Origin: Azolla caroliniana
Taxonomy: Eukaryota > Plantae > Polypodiophyta
NCBI GenBank assembly: GCA_043228905.1
Contig: JBHGNT010000008.1
Location: forward strand, 21,762,001-21,826,000
Length of the DNA stretch: 64,000 nt
Reading direction: 5' to 3'
The notes under the pieces are model-generated. The model saw nothing but the letters and a program-made list of their open reading frames with translations. It had not been told where the DNA came from and searched no databases. This document shows, piece by piece, positions 50,898-64,000 of the stretch (position 1 is its first letter; the number at the start of each line of letters is the position of its first letter). The translations under genes and the position numbers were made by a program.

Positions 50898-53013
50898 TTA
50901 GATACATATATACTTACACATACATTGGATATATACATGTATATTACGTACATATTACAAACATACATCCATATACAAGCCATATACATATGTACTAAAC
51001 ATGAAAATATCCCAAAAATATACATACATAAATACGTTACATATATACACGTACATACATTCAACATTTATATACATATGACCATACACACACACACACA
51101 CATACATTGGATATATACATACATATTATGCACATAGTACAAACACATTCATACTCATTGAATCATGTATATTGACATATACATATATGCATACATATAC
51201 ACATATTCCACATGTCACCATATATATACGTACATATGCCTACAATGTTATAAGTTTTACAAACATACATCCATACACATATATACATACATTACATACA
51301 TGCATACACATACATACATGCATTACATACATATCATCACAAACTACAATACATACATATATACATACACATACATAAATATTATGAACAAACATCCACA
51401 CACTCATGTATGCATATATGCATACACTGTTACGCATACAAACATACACATATGTACATTCATACATGTACATACATACATTGCATATGCATATATTACC
51501 ATCACACATTCATATACATTGAATCATGTACATTGTCATATATATGCATACACATACATACATTACATATACATACACATATGTACATACATGGACATAC
51601 CTATATTCATTTATATATTGCTACATATACATACATTAGAATCATGTACATTGTCATATGGATATATGCATACACATACATACATACATACATACATACA
51701 TACATACATACATTACATATGGATATATGCATACACATATGCACATATTACAATCACATCTCCATACACATTGAATCATGTACATTTGCATATGCATATA
51801 TGCATACACATATGTACATGGACATACATATATAGTCTTTTATACATTGCTACATGTACATACACATACATACATATTATAAACAAATATCCACACACAC
51901 ATACAAATATACATACATTACATATTACATATGTACATTCATATATTCATTCATTCATACATGCATACATTATGTGCACATACATACATAACATTCAAAT
52001 ATTCATCTTTTTTTAATTTAGATTTTTGCCACCTCCTCCTTTGCTCCCTCCTCTTCTCTCCTCATTGCCGCCGTCACCTCTTCTCCCCTTGTTGTTTCTG
52101 TCCTCTTTTTGCTGCCTTTGATCTCGTTTTACTGCCTCCTCCTTTGTTCCCTCCTCTTCTCTCCTCATTGCCGTCGTCGCCTCTTCTCCCCTTGTTGTTT
52201 TTGTCCTTGTTTTGTTGCCTTTGATCTTGTTTTGCCGCCGCCGCCGCCACTCGCCTTGTCGTGCCGCTTTTGCTCACCAGTATTCTCTGTCGGGACTGCC
52301 ACAACTACTCTACAAATATTTTACGGGTACACATAAGTACCAACATCATACATACATAATGCACACATACATAAACCAACACATAAATTCTTAGAGACAC
52401 ACACACACACACACATGTGTACATACATACATATATACATACATACATAAACACACACACACACACACATAACATATACAATCATACACACAAGCCATAC
52501 ATACATTACAATACAATATGTACATATATACTCACATACCTATATACACATATATACACTTACACACATACACATACATACACACACACATAACATATAC
52601 AATCATACATACATATAATACATACAATAAACGAAATTAATACATTACAATACAATATGTACATACATACACACATACCTATATACACATATATACACTT
52701 ACATACATACACATTTACACATATAGCACATACATACAATACAATATGTACACACATATATACATACACATGGAATACAATACAATAGATACACTCACAC
52801 ACATGTGTAGAATATACAATATACATATGGACACATATATATGTAGTATGGAACATACATACACACACACAAACATAACACACAACATACATGCTATACA
52901 TACAATAAATGCAATTAAATAAAATACAATACAATATGTACATAATACACACATACCTATATACACATATAATGCATACATACATACACATATACACACA
53001 TAACACGATATGT

Positions 53014-53044
<31 letters not shown>

Positions 53045-53710
53045 ATGCAATTAAATTAAATAAAATACAATATGTGCATACATACACACATACCTATATA
53101 CACATGCAATACAATCCATACAATACCTATATACACATATAACACATACATACATACATGATACACATATACACACATAACACAATATGTACACACACAA
53201 ACATAACACACAACACACATGCATACCACATACAAACATATATTATGTATGGAACATACATACACACGCACAAACATAACACACAACACACATGCATACC
53301 ACATACAAACATATATGATGTATGAACATACATACACACACACAAACATAACACACAACACACATGCATACCACATACAAACAATACAATCCATACAATA
53401 CCTATATACACATATAACACATACATACATACACATATACCTACATAACACAATATGTACACACACAAACATAACACACATACACACATGCATACCTACA
53501 CACGCACAAACATAACACACAACACACATGCATACCACATACAAACATATATGATGTATGGAACATACATACACACACACAAACATAACACACAACACAC
53601 ATGCATACCACATACAAACATATATGATGTATGGAACATACATACATACACACACACAAACATAACATACAACACACATGCATACCACATACAAACATAC
53701 CATGTAACTT
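49560..53710. repeat. Degenerate CA/TA/CATA low-complexity array with ~60-bp minisatellite units (~53190-53700) and a CT-rich island (~52020-52300)
   Basis: Strongly G-poor plus strand. Repeated unit acaaacataacacacaacacacatgcataccacatacaaacat. Confidence 0.95.
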
Positions 53711-53865
53711 AACATTTATGCCTTTTATTTTAATAGGAAAAGGAGAAAATAGTAGAAACCAAATATAAACCTACGGTATTCCAAATATATTTTCTGATTT
53801 CTTTAAGATATTATTTACTTCTATGTATATTAAGTTTTCTTGCGTTTGTTGTTACATGTTATAAT

Positions 53866-54299
53866 CATAGTTCTAGCCACACGTCTCAAACATCTCATAC
53901 TCATACGTCAGAAATTAGAAATTAGAGATCAGTTCCCTGTTTGTTTCGTCCTTCACAGAAATCTGATTTTCACGATTTTCTCCTCACAGAAATTTGATTT
54001 TCACTCAGAGCTCTCGATTCTCTACAGTTGACTCTCAGTTACAACTTACAACTCATGAACACTCAGAGCTCTTAATTCTCAACGCACTCAATTCTCAGTT
54101 CAAATTCATGATCACTCAAAGCTCTCGACTCTCAGACTCTTAGAAACTCCTCACGAGTCACAACGTGACGACGCGTCAGAAAAAAACCCCCAAATTTTTT
54201 TTTAAAAAAACCAAACGAATATCGCGTATCATACGCATACGTTTGCAAACGTTAGCGTACGTCCAATAAATTGGACGTACGCGAATATTAGGAACTATG
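53866..54299. mobile_element. hAT-like MITE (434 bp) nested in the 5.9-kb element
   Basis: Short TIR CATAGTTC/GAACTATG and a perfect 8-bp TSD GTTATAAT. Confidence 0.8.
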
Positions 54300-55267
54300 G
54301 TTATAATACAGGTCCAACGTTGAAGATGGAAACAACATGAAATTTATATCCTAAAATGAACTTCTTAGGGTTTTCTTTTTATATAGTTGGTCTTTATAAG
54401 GGCAACCTTTATTGTAATAAGTTTTTTAAGTAGACATTGCAATAACAAAATGATTTTTTTTTTTTCATTTTGATTTGGGTAAGAATGTGTGAATAGATGT
54501 TGTCTTACATTTCAAATGGAAATATGAAGTAGGTTGCCATTTGTTTGATCAATGTGTTTGAGAAAAAATAATGTTATGGCTTCATATCAGTCTATCCATG
54601 AAACCAAACATAATGTTAATTTGTTAGTAATTTCATTATTGATGTGCATTTTAGATTGTTCCATGTGTGCTTTTTGAGATATATATGTCAAGTTGAAGAT
54701 TGTTTTATTGTAAATTACATTGTTTTTTATCACTCTATATTCTTCATACGTCTCAATAAACTAAAAACAAAAACTTATATGTGGCTTATATATGTTATAC
54801 CTCTAGTGTTTTTGGGTAATGTTTCCTAATTGTGTGTGCATTACTTTATACTTTACACATTGTGTTTTCAATCTATGTGGCACTTGATGAAGCATTTCTG
54901 AGAATTTGCATATGATGTCTAATGTTGATTCATAATTTTGTGAGTCATCAATTGTAAAGACGGTCATTGATCCTTTCTAGGAATAGAAACTATGTGTGCA
55001 TGTATATTTTATATGTAAGGGTATTTAAAATGGGTGGTTATCAAAAAATATATTCGTAATAAGGGGTATTTTTATTAATCGTTTTTCTACACAAGGGTCA
55101 CTAAAATAGTAAAAAACATACGTATAAGGGGTTTATAAATGATTTCATGAACACACGTGATACAACCTTCTTATATATAGTGGAGCCCCCGGGGATGGCA
55201 TCCGGCACCGACGAGGCGGCAGCCACCAGTAACTGGCAGCATCCGGCGAACCGGCGTCCAACGAGTA

Positions 55268-55836
55268 GATAAATAAATATATAAATATATATACATATAT
55301 ATATACATATACAAGGAGGGCAAGTAAAAATTCAAACCTTGCACCTCCAAGTTAGGAGTCAATTAGCTTACCACTAAGCCAAGATATTTAGTTGATATTA
55401 TATTTCTATCATCGTACTTTTACATGTAAATTCTTATGCATGAGAGCTAAAATGAGTGACATGGTTATCATGCACCATATGTAATACACGAGCGCCAAAT
55501 GGCAAACATGCATCATATGCATGGGGGCATCTGTAAAAGGATGGATGAAAATGTATTATGGATCCATGTATGAACGAAGAAATTAATGAGAAGAAAATTC
55601 ATTGATGATATATCTTGTTTCTTAAATCAAGAGTTAAAATCTTAATCTCAATATCTCTCTCTTGGCCATATCAATCTTTCTCAATCTAAGTCAAGCGTTT
55701 AATCTTAATCTCTTTCTCTCTCTCAATCTATCCTAAATACTTTCTCGCTAAGCTTGGTGCAAACTTCGATCCTTCCGGTCCAGAACCCCGACGGTTCCGC
55801 CTCGCGATCCGCGCCTAGTGACGAATCTTCACGACA
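55268..55836 (+). mobile_element. 5'-truncated LTR of the TGTCGTG/CACGACA group inserted in a Gypsy RT
   Basis: Ends in CACGACA exactly where the RT frame breaks (EWKTA|). atatgcatgggggcatct is the inverted match to ~36468-36484. Confidence 0.6.
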
Positions 55837-58510
55837 ACGCGGTCTTCCATTCATCTCCTGGTCGGATTCGTACGAGGTTATATGCTCCTCGTAAGTCGAT
55901 CTTTGTGAAGAACCTTGCACCATTGATCCGTTCTAAAAGACTTGATATAAGGGGGAGTGCATACCTATTCATGATGGTGACCTTATTCAAGCCATGGTAA
56001 TCTATGACGAGACGAAGTGATCCATCCTTTTTCTTGACAAAGAAAATGGGTACGCTGGATGGAGATTTCGAATGTCGAATAAAATCGTTTGCCAAATTCT
56101 CCTCTATATAGGCTCAAAGGACTTGTAGCTCGGTTGGTATCAAGTTGTAGATCAGGCTCCATGGTGGCTCTTTTCCCGGTTGTAAATCAATGGGGCAATC
56201 ATACGGTCGGTGGTGAGGAAGTGTATTGGCTTGTACCTTATCGAACACATTGGCATAATCACGATACTTCTCTGGAAGTTGAATTGTGGATTCCTCTTTA
56301 GTGGTGTCGGAAGGTTTTACTAATACTACGAAGACAAACATTGCTTCCTTGCATCCTTCCTAACGCAATTGATGTAGCGAAATGGTTGCAATCCTATGAG
56401 TAGATCCCCGGATTTCTCTTGTTCTCCGATCTATGTCTAGGTTATGTAATTCGAACCACGGTAACCCCAAGACGATTGGATGGTCTAGACTACTAATTAT
56501 ATTAAATGATACTACACACACCAAGTTATCTAGGACAACCTGAATCGGCTCTGACTCTTCTACTATTTTCCCGGAAGAAATGGGACAACCATCAATAACT
56601 ACTATAGATGTTGGACAAGAAAGTTTTCTTAGGGATATCTGATGAGCTTGGGCAAATTTCCTATCCATAAATCAAGAGTTGGCTCCGGAATCTAAGAGTG
56701 CTAAGACATGTATTGGAGGAATACTGTTAGTACTAACCATTACTTAAGCTAAGAACACATTGCTAAGTTGCTAAGAGGAAATGGAACCACTAATGGGTTG
56801 CACAGATCTAGGGATGTCCAACCAAACGGCTCCTATTTTGGCTTGACTTAATCGTTTAACTCTTCTTCTAGTTGACTAAGGATTTCAAATTTGTTTGAAA
56901 GGCTTGGGTTATTAGTACTATTAGGACTATCAGATATTCCTACTGAAATAGACTCGGATTTAGTACAATTAGAACTAGCGACTATTTGGTTTACTTGTCT
57001 TCTTGGCCTATGGGGACAGTTCACCGCAATATGCCCTGGTCCACCGCAATAGAGACATAGTCTATTTGTTCAACGTCGCTGCATTTCCTCTTCCGATAAT
57101 GGTCCGCGACGACGTGTGGTGTCGATTTCCATCGGAGTTGGAGTATTGCTGGAGACACATTATATGACTCCCTTGAAAAAGGTTTTGCTACAACTGAGGC
57201 GTAGGTGGGCTCTAATCTTGTCCTTGGCATCTAGAACTGACATTTCGAATGTTGTTCGAAAAGGTGGTTATTACATCGCACAGCACAATTGATTGCTTCT
57301 GTCGATGACTTTGGCTCTTCAGGGAAAGTTAAGAGTAAATCATTGACATCATTACGTAAGCCAAAATGAAATTGCTCCATTAATGCCTAGTCATCCCAGG
57401 GAATATCTGTGGCGAGAAGACGGAAATCCACAGCATAAGCCGAGGCCGGCCGCTCACCTTGGCGCATTCTTCGGATTTTGTTGATTGTCATCCTAACACT
57501 GTCAGTATCTCCAAAACATGCTTTAAACTCGCTAATAAACTCTTCGAAATTATTTAACAAGGGAGAGTTTTTTTCTAACAAGGGGGCGAACCATGCCAAA
57601 GTCATGCCACTAAGTAGCGTGCCTACTAGTCCCACTCGTGATGCATCGGTGGGATATCGAGAAGGATGCATTTGAATCACTAAGCATACCTGATTAAGAA
57701 AACCTATGAACTGTGATCGGGTCCCATCAAATTTCATAGGAAGTCCGATCTCGGGTTCTTTGTGAGTCCCCGTGAGTGCTTGATCCTTGTTGTTGTAGTG
57801 ATACAATAGTCGCTTCAAGTTGTTGTACACGTAACGTCAGCTCCCCGTGTTGTTGTTTTTCTAAAGCTATTTGTTGAAGATCCCCCAACAGACAGTGATT
57901 TTCTTGTTCTAGTGCTACAAACTTCTCTTTTAAGCACTGAAGCTCCAAGAAAACAAATTGGTATTCCTGAGGGCTAATAGTTGTCATTTTACTAGCGAGG
58001 ATAAGAGGATTAGTATGAAAGGAAGGAGGGGTAAGAGGATGAGGAAGAAAATTGGTTCAAATTGTCAAGAACAGTACTAAGACAGAGAGGGAATTAGTAC
58101 TAAAAGATGTTAATTAGTACTAAGAGAGAGAAAAGGGTGTAGAACTGACGAGAGAAGGAGAGAGAGAGAGAGAGAGAGAGAGAATGATGATAACAAAAGA
58201 TATATTATATTATATGAAGAGTAAGTACAAGAATAGCTATGAGGCTTAAGACTGGTGTTGAAAAGATTTGGTTCGAAATAATGCCTTGTGCCTCCTTTTA
58301 TAGTGTTTTTAGGAGTACTCCTGAAGTTTCTAGAATGTTCCAGAGAAATGTGGAAATATACATCAATTTTCTATAGTGAAATAATAAATGAAAATAATAT
58401 CCTTCGTATTACACTATATAGTCTAATGGCAAGGTCTTGACCCATGTAACACAAGGTCATGGGTTCAAATCTTGCCATATCATGAGAGCATATGGATATG
58501 CGTGCGCGTC
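55837..58510 (-). mobile_element. Decayed Ty3/Gypsy chromovirus-like (Tcn1/fungal-type) gag-protease-RT with an LTR-like region from 58063
   Basis: gag (PMKFDGTRSQF..MRQGERPASAYAVDFR), protease LLDSGA near 56680-56700, LPHHRPYDCPIDL and [42 protein letters not shown]. Confidence 0.82.
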
Positions 58511-58585
58511 TTACTCAATTTATAGTTCATACAAAGGTACTCATTTGGGTTGGCTTAGCTAAAAGGGTGACACAAAGGAACACGT

Positions 58586-59235
58586 TGTCGTGGAGAAAAC
58601 CGCCCCTAGGAGGAATCAGGGAAATATGCGCATGAATTGGCCCTTACGTGTGGGCACGTTATTTGATAACTTGTGCATACTTAGGAGCGATTCGGTTTAT
58701 GTGAGGATACTAGGTAGTGCGCATTTATTGTTTAGGAAATCGTAGCGTATCTTTGTCTGAAGTGACAGAAAATAAAGATGATGTAACCAGGGTATAACGG
58801 TCGGTCTCCAGGGGTCTATAAAAGGGAGGGGAGAAGGCTAAGAGAGGGATCGCGTTGTCGAAGACAAAGTGCTGTTGGGCTGGGACCGAGCTCTTCTCCT
58901 CTGTATTTTCATCGTTCCCTGCAGGTTTTGGGAGGCTGCCTCTGATTCGTGGAAAGCCCGAGTGCTTCCGACAGAGGCTCCATCTCGCGTTGTCCGTGTG
59001 CATTGTGTGAGTTGGTGTCAGCGCGTTGATGCTTACCGGTTAGCTGGCTATAATCTTGATTATACATATATATTTCCTTATTCGTCGTTCGATCTTGATT
59101 GTGAGTTCTCTGCGTGTCTGTGTGCACGGCTCAGTCGTGGTTTCGTGTCGCTCCTCCCTCCATCCAGTTATTCCCCGGTTCGTGGCCCCCGCGGTCCCGC
59201 CTTGGTTTCTCCTGCGCGTGCAGAATAACACGACA
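58586..59235 (+). mobile_element. Solo LTR (650 bp)
   Basis: Termini TGTCGTG...CACGACA, perfect 4-bp TSD ACGT and a TATAAAA at ~58817. The empty site is visible at ~60560-60581. Confidence 0.9.
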
Positions 59236-59739
59236 ACGTGCACACCACATTTCACCCTTGAGAGAAACAAGAGACTAAGGAGCGAGAACATGAACAAGAA
59301 CACGAGCAGTGGCTTGTTGAAGGAGGGGGAGCATCTGTTGGAGATAGAGTTCCCAAGTGGCACTATCCATGTTGGCAGGTTTCGAATGGACATCAATGGA
59401 CTATTCTAGTGGGAGGCGAGGGTTATGCCCATAGAGTGCTCAAAAAGGGTTTATCTGTGTCGACACATGTACGGATGTATTGTCAATTTGGGTGACAAAA
59501 GGCAAGATTTGATCCCAGATTTTGTGGCATGGATTGATGTAAGCGGCAATCTCCTTCTTGAGGATCTTGTTGAGGCGTCCAGTGAGGCCATTTGTCTGAG
59601 GATGGTAAGGGGAGGTAAACACTTGTTGGACACCTAGTTGAGCTGCAACGACGTTGAGGACATCCTCGTGGAACTAGTGGCCTTGATCAAATAATAGTTG
59701 GACGAGGCTAGTGACGGAAAACGAGCTAGCAATTGGCAA

Positions 59740-60300
59740 ATAGAGATCAATCGCTCATGCGGACTGAAGGCCACCTGGACTTGGCTGAGGTGGGGGACAT
59801 GAGGGTTGTCGTGTCATAGGGGGATCGGGGAAAGATCAATTGGCGGAGAAAGATCATTCCCTCGTGTGGACGGAGGACCACCTGGACTTGGCTGAGGTGG
59901 GGGACAGGAAGGCTAGCGTGTCAGAGGGGGATCGGGGAAAGATCAATTGGCGGAGAAAGATCAATCCCTCGTGTGGACTGAGGGCCACTTGGACTTGGCT
60001 GGGGTGGGGGATGGGAGGGCTATAGGTGGATAGATATCAATCGCTCCTGTGGACTGAGGACCACCTGGACTTGGCTAAGGTGGGGGACAGGAGGTCTATC
60101 ATGTCGGAGGGGGATCGGGGAAAGATCAATTGGCGGAGAAAGATCAATCGCTCTTGTGGACTGAGGGCCACTTGGACTTGGTTGGGGTGGGGGATGGGAG
60201 GGCTATAGACGGATAGAGATCAATCACTCCTGTGGACTGAGGGCAACCTGGACTTGGCTGAGGTGCGGGACAAGAGGGTTATCGTGTAGGAAGGGGATCG
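59740..60300. repeat. G-rich minisatellite with higher-order (~184-bp) periodicity
   Basis: Six copies of tggactgaggg/accac(c/t)tggacttggct(g)aggtggggga interleaved with gggggatcggggaaagatcaattggcggagaaagatc. Confidence 0.9.
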
Positions 60301-60616
60301 CAGAAACTCGTGGGACAATAAGTTAGTGGGCAACCTAAGGTGAGGGGGAAGAGGTAGATTCTTGAATGTGGGGGACTGGTGCCCGCTTCTCCACCAATAT
60401 GTGAAATACACATAAGAGATCAAAACCAGCCTAGTTAGCTTCTTACTTCTTACTCAATTTATAGTTCATACAAAGGTACCCATTTGGGTTGGCTTAGCTA
60501 AAAAGGTGTGCTAAAAGGGTGGGTTGGCTTAGGTACAAGCATCCTAAAACGGGTGGCACAAAGGAACACATGCACACCACAATATGATAAACCCTAATAC
60601 TAATGCTAATACTAAA

Positions 60617-60677
<61 letters not shown>

Positions 60678-60683
60678 GTGTGT
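60617..60683. repeat. (TGTATG)n microsatellite
   Basis: Seen directly in the sequence. Confidence 0.95.
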
Positions 60684-60944
60684 ATTTATCAATTTAATTT
60701 TCTATACATGTGTATGTGTATGTGCATGTGTTTGTGTTTGTGTTAACCATAAACCCTAATCCCAAACCGAGGAGACATACTTGACAATGGAGGAGGAAGG
60801 GAGGCCGACGTTCATCTAGCCTACAATTAACGTCTGAGTTCCAGAGCATAAATCCTCGTTTGTGGTTGTCCATGTCCCGCCCCAAGAAGTGGAGAACTAT
60901 GGTCATGGTCATGATCATCTTGATGGTCATACAGGATCAATAAT

Positions 60945-61411
60945 TAACAATTGGCAATGGTTTGTTTGAATCGAACCAAACGTGAAACTGTGGCTTAAAG
61001 GTTTAAACGGTTTGGTTCAAGTTCAAGTGTTTTTTAACGGTTCAGTTTGGTTTCGGTTCAGTTTCAATAGTTTAAAAGGTTTAACGATTTTTTTTAACTT
61101 TATTTTTTTTTCAATTTTTTTTCAATTTAAAAAATTTTAAAAAAAAATAAACAAACTTTTCATTTTCAAGCCTTATTCTCACATTTTTAGGAAAATCTTT
61201 AAATTTTTGAAATTTTAAATTTTTAAAATTTAGAATTGGAATTTTGACCTAAGTTGGAAACCAAAACCGTGGTTCTAATGGTTTAACGATTTGAATTTTT
61301 TTTAACTGTTCGGTTTAACGGTTTTGTGGTTCGGTTCGGTTCAAGTTTCAAAATAATTTAACGGTTCAGTTTTGACACTCTCAAACCGAACCGAACCGTT
61401 GCTGATTGTTG
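60945..61411. mobile_element. hAT-like MITE, family A copy 2
   Basis: Same TIR and interior as 14987-15434. 8-bp TSD tcaataat/tccataat. Confidence 0.85.
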
Positions 61412-64000
61412 TCCATAATTTTGCATTATCACTTATTCCATAATAATATATGATTGCCATTGAGAGGTTCTTGTGCCAGAATGGCTGATAATAAATGATA
61501 ATATATCGTTTTTTATGATATAATTATATTCGAGACATTAAATTTGAAGGAATAATTTTAACGATTATGTTCGATCTTAATTGGATTCTTTCTTATCTCG
61601 ATAAATTTGGAAAATGTAAGGAGATGCTTACTATGGCCAAGGTGCAACTTACTTGGCTACTCATTCTTGCTTGCAATGTTGCATAGGTTTGTCCTTATGA
61701 GTCTTCAAGTGATACTATGTATTGTAAGTAGTATGGATCGAGGAAAGAGTGATTGAGCATTGTTGTAATGGAGAGCTACCTAGAGAGTATTGAATTGATA
61801 AATCACTAGTACATGAGAGCTTGAAGGGGTAAGAAACACAAGAGGATGGAGAGAGAGAGTATGCTAAAATAACACTTTACCCCCAAATAATATAAATATC
61901 TAAATACTCTTTGTGGACAAGCTTGAGTTCAAACGTTGTCCTATAGTGCCAATGTCTTTGCTGTGGTAATGGTTTAGTAAGAAAATCAACCCACGTAGTG
62001 ATTGTCAAAAGTAAACTAGAGCTTGAGCTCTTTCATTTCAACAAGATCTCGTTATGACGTGATGCCTAGCCTTTATATGTTTCTTTTGATATGTGAGTTT
62101 GGGATTTACAGAATCTTTATACAAGATTGATAATCACAATACATTTTTATATGCTCCCCCAAGTTGGTGGACCACATGTCCCCAGAATACTAGTACTCAT
62201 CCTTATAAAGTTGATCCTATCGCTTATTACAAATACTTTTCCATAAATGTCGTCGTTGGAGTTGGAAACTTAGTTAGTGAAGTACCAACTGTTGGCAACA
62301 TCAACTCTTCTTCTTCCAAAAATCAATGTCTTTGCAACTCGAAGACATTAAATCAATCCTCCCATGACGAGAAGAGTAATCACTTGACTCTACCTAAGGT
62401 TGGCACAACTAGCGCGAAAGAATTGGTCGAAGCATATTTCAACCAAGAAAAACACCACTCAAAATCAACATCATCAGTTCAACCACAAGTATGGTAAGAA
62501 ATCTTGACATGTTAATAACTACACAATGACTTGCACAATCACACAACCATCAACAAACTCTCACTCCACCAAAATGAACCAGTTTAGGAGTCTAGCTAAG
62601 CGAGAGATTGTCTTTAGTGCCATGTTGTAGACTTTGTGAATGTTGAAGGTTAAAACTCAATAATAATGTTGACTTTTTATTCAATTACTTTACCCATCTC
62701 TTGAAGAATCGATGCATCATTTTACAAGGTCCAATCTCTATAACTAATCATCTGATGCAACGTGAACATGGGGTTGAAAACTTTAGTTATATGTTATACT
62801 TTATTTTTGGTGAAACCAAAGAAATAAAGAATAGCATAATACTCTCTAGCTAGAATATATTCGGTGTACTATCTTACTAACAGTCACCAAAAATCTTGCT
62901 TAAAAAGTAGTTTTCAATATGATCATTTGTTCCCTAAAATCAATATCAATAGGAAAAGATGTTAGCGCAAACACATATACTCCATTATTCTTGCCTATCA
63001 ACCATCCATGCATCAACATTTTGAGCAAATAATGCACAATAGCTAAATTGATGTCAAACATTGCAATATTGGTGCCCGATTTAATTAGTAGGGATATTCG
63101 TATATGAAACAATACAATCTAGGAACTAGACCTTAGGTAATATAGGGTGTGAGTGTGTAGATTAAACGGACAAACCACATTCACTCTTGTCTATTCATGT
63201 TCTATTTGCATCATTATAATGCATCACTAATTGAGAATCCTAGAACCTTAGAAAGTATATGTATATGTTATACTCATCGAGCATCCTAGAACCTTAGAAA
63301 GCATATATGCTATATTGATTTGTGGTACTAACCTCATTACTTCATTCAGTCAAATCCATCCAACATGTGCCTTGAGCGCCATATTATAAGCTCACTAACT
63401 ATGGAAAGCATGTATGGAAACAACAATAATTTCTAATAGTACTTTCCTTTCTGTGTTTTTGGAATATTATCAATGTACAAGTTCTTCTATTAATATGTTT
63501 TTAATTCTTAAAGAATAAGTACATGATAGTACAATGTGGTATTGATCTCATTACTGTGCACACGATCAATGTGGTGGGGACAACATGTACTCTTCCCTCC
63601 TTGTACTTTGAAATACTCTCCTTCTTTGAGCTCTATCTACAATACATTTCCATTCATCTCCATTGCACACCCTTTTGCAAATAAATCATACAAGAAACAC
63701 ATTTTTTTACTTCTCAAAAGCATAGGAGAATATTAAACTAATGTCGACATGCCTAATTTGCCACCCAAAAAACAAAGAAGAGATTAGGCACTAAATATGG
63801 TTGAGCAATCTTGTGGATATGTGGGCACTCAAAAATTAGCTAGCAAAGGAATTAATAATCAACAAACCCAAGAACACATTTTTTAAGGCATGAATACCAA
63901 GACATCAAAATTGCTTCTCTTTTTCTATATTCCTATCTATGCTTAGAAGACATCAAAATAGAGATATAACAATGGGTTATACAAAGCAATAGTTGGGATG

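Larger units (their letters stand above)
49324..55193. mobile_element. 5.9-kb non-coding TIR-bounded DNA element, unclassified
   Basis: Termini CCCGGGGGC...GCCCCCGGG with further imperfect inverted similarity (CACT..CACGTG.GTTCA). Perfect 8-bp TSD GATGGCAT at 49316-49323 and 55194-55201. Confidence 0.8.
44904..55267 (-). mobile_element. Decayed Copia element; 3' LTR ~44904-45153, coding region 45283-49214, leader split by the DNA element at 49324-55193
   Basis: gag KFDGSNFNFWKEQM, protease WLLDSGASFH, integrase LVHSDVCGP, RT and RNase H (ASKHIDVRYHF). PPT ctccccc at 45154-45160. The GC-rich leader resumes at 55194. Confidence 0.88.
58511..60581 (-). mobile_element. Small deleted Gypsy derivative: 5' LTR 60400-60581, tRNA-Ala-like PBS ~60380-60396, integrase remnant, truncated 3' LTR 58511-59249 (with nested solo LTR)
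   Basis: LTR copies match (ttactcaatttatagttcatacaaaggtac..cacaaaggaacac.tgcacaccaca). PBS tgcccgcttctccacca. Integrase remnant TSPYHPQTNGLTGRLN..WDQILPF at 59440-59622. Confidence 0.75.

Noticed and set aside
49393-53715. Many long H/I/Y/T- and C/V/M/Y-rich ORFs
   Set aside because: Translation artefacts of CA/TA low-complexity repeats.
58045-58280. Tf1-style self-priming site (ttggttcaaat at ~58052 versus ttggttcgaaat at ~58268)
   Set aside because: The two motifs are direct repeats, not the reverse complements that self-priming requires.
59740-60300. CRISPR-like repeat/spacer appearance
   Set aside because: The spacers are themselves repeated, there are no cas genes and the context is a eukaryotic retroelement.
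61600-64000. ORFs 62093-62497, 62900-63112 and 63536-63736 as a gene or DNA-transposon remnant
   Set aside because: No motifs or exon structure I can support. Left unannotated; a translated profile search is needed.

Overview
AT-rich, intron-bearing land-plant genomic DNA (TTTAGGG-type repeats; the TE lineages suggest a seed-free plant, by inference), made almost entirely of nested transposable elements around one host gene. The host gene is a divergent MINDY-family deubiquitinase on the minus strand (~10.5-13.9 kb). Its catalytic His is replaced by Gln and its MIU-like ubiquitin-binding exons are duplicated. TEs: one intact, very young Tnt1/Tto1-like Copia (18779-24215) inside an older Copia inside a Gypsy; several decayed Copia/Gypsy elements; tRNA-Trp-primed LTR elements with 4-bp TSDs; an L1-like LINE; hAT-like MITEs; and a 5.9-kb microsatellite-filled DNA element. 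Main finding: a 10.5-kb TIR DNA transposon (31503-42033; 37-bp imperfect TIRs, 4-bp TSD, Sola-like DDD transposase) inserted in the LINE. Head-to-head with its transposase it carries a spliced gene for a bacterial-type beta-class N6-adenine/N4-cytosine DNA methyltransferase (DIPY ... NPYQKP ... VLDLFFGIGT). This gene is barely visible in the ORF track because of introns and stop codons, and this copy is decayed. All calls come from manual reading; no database searches were run.
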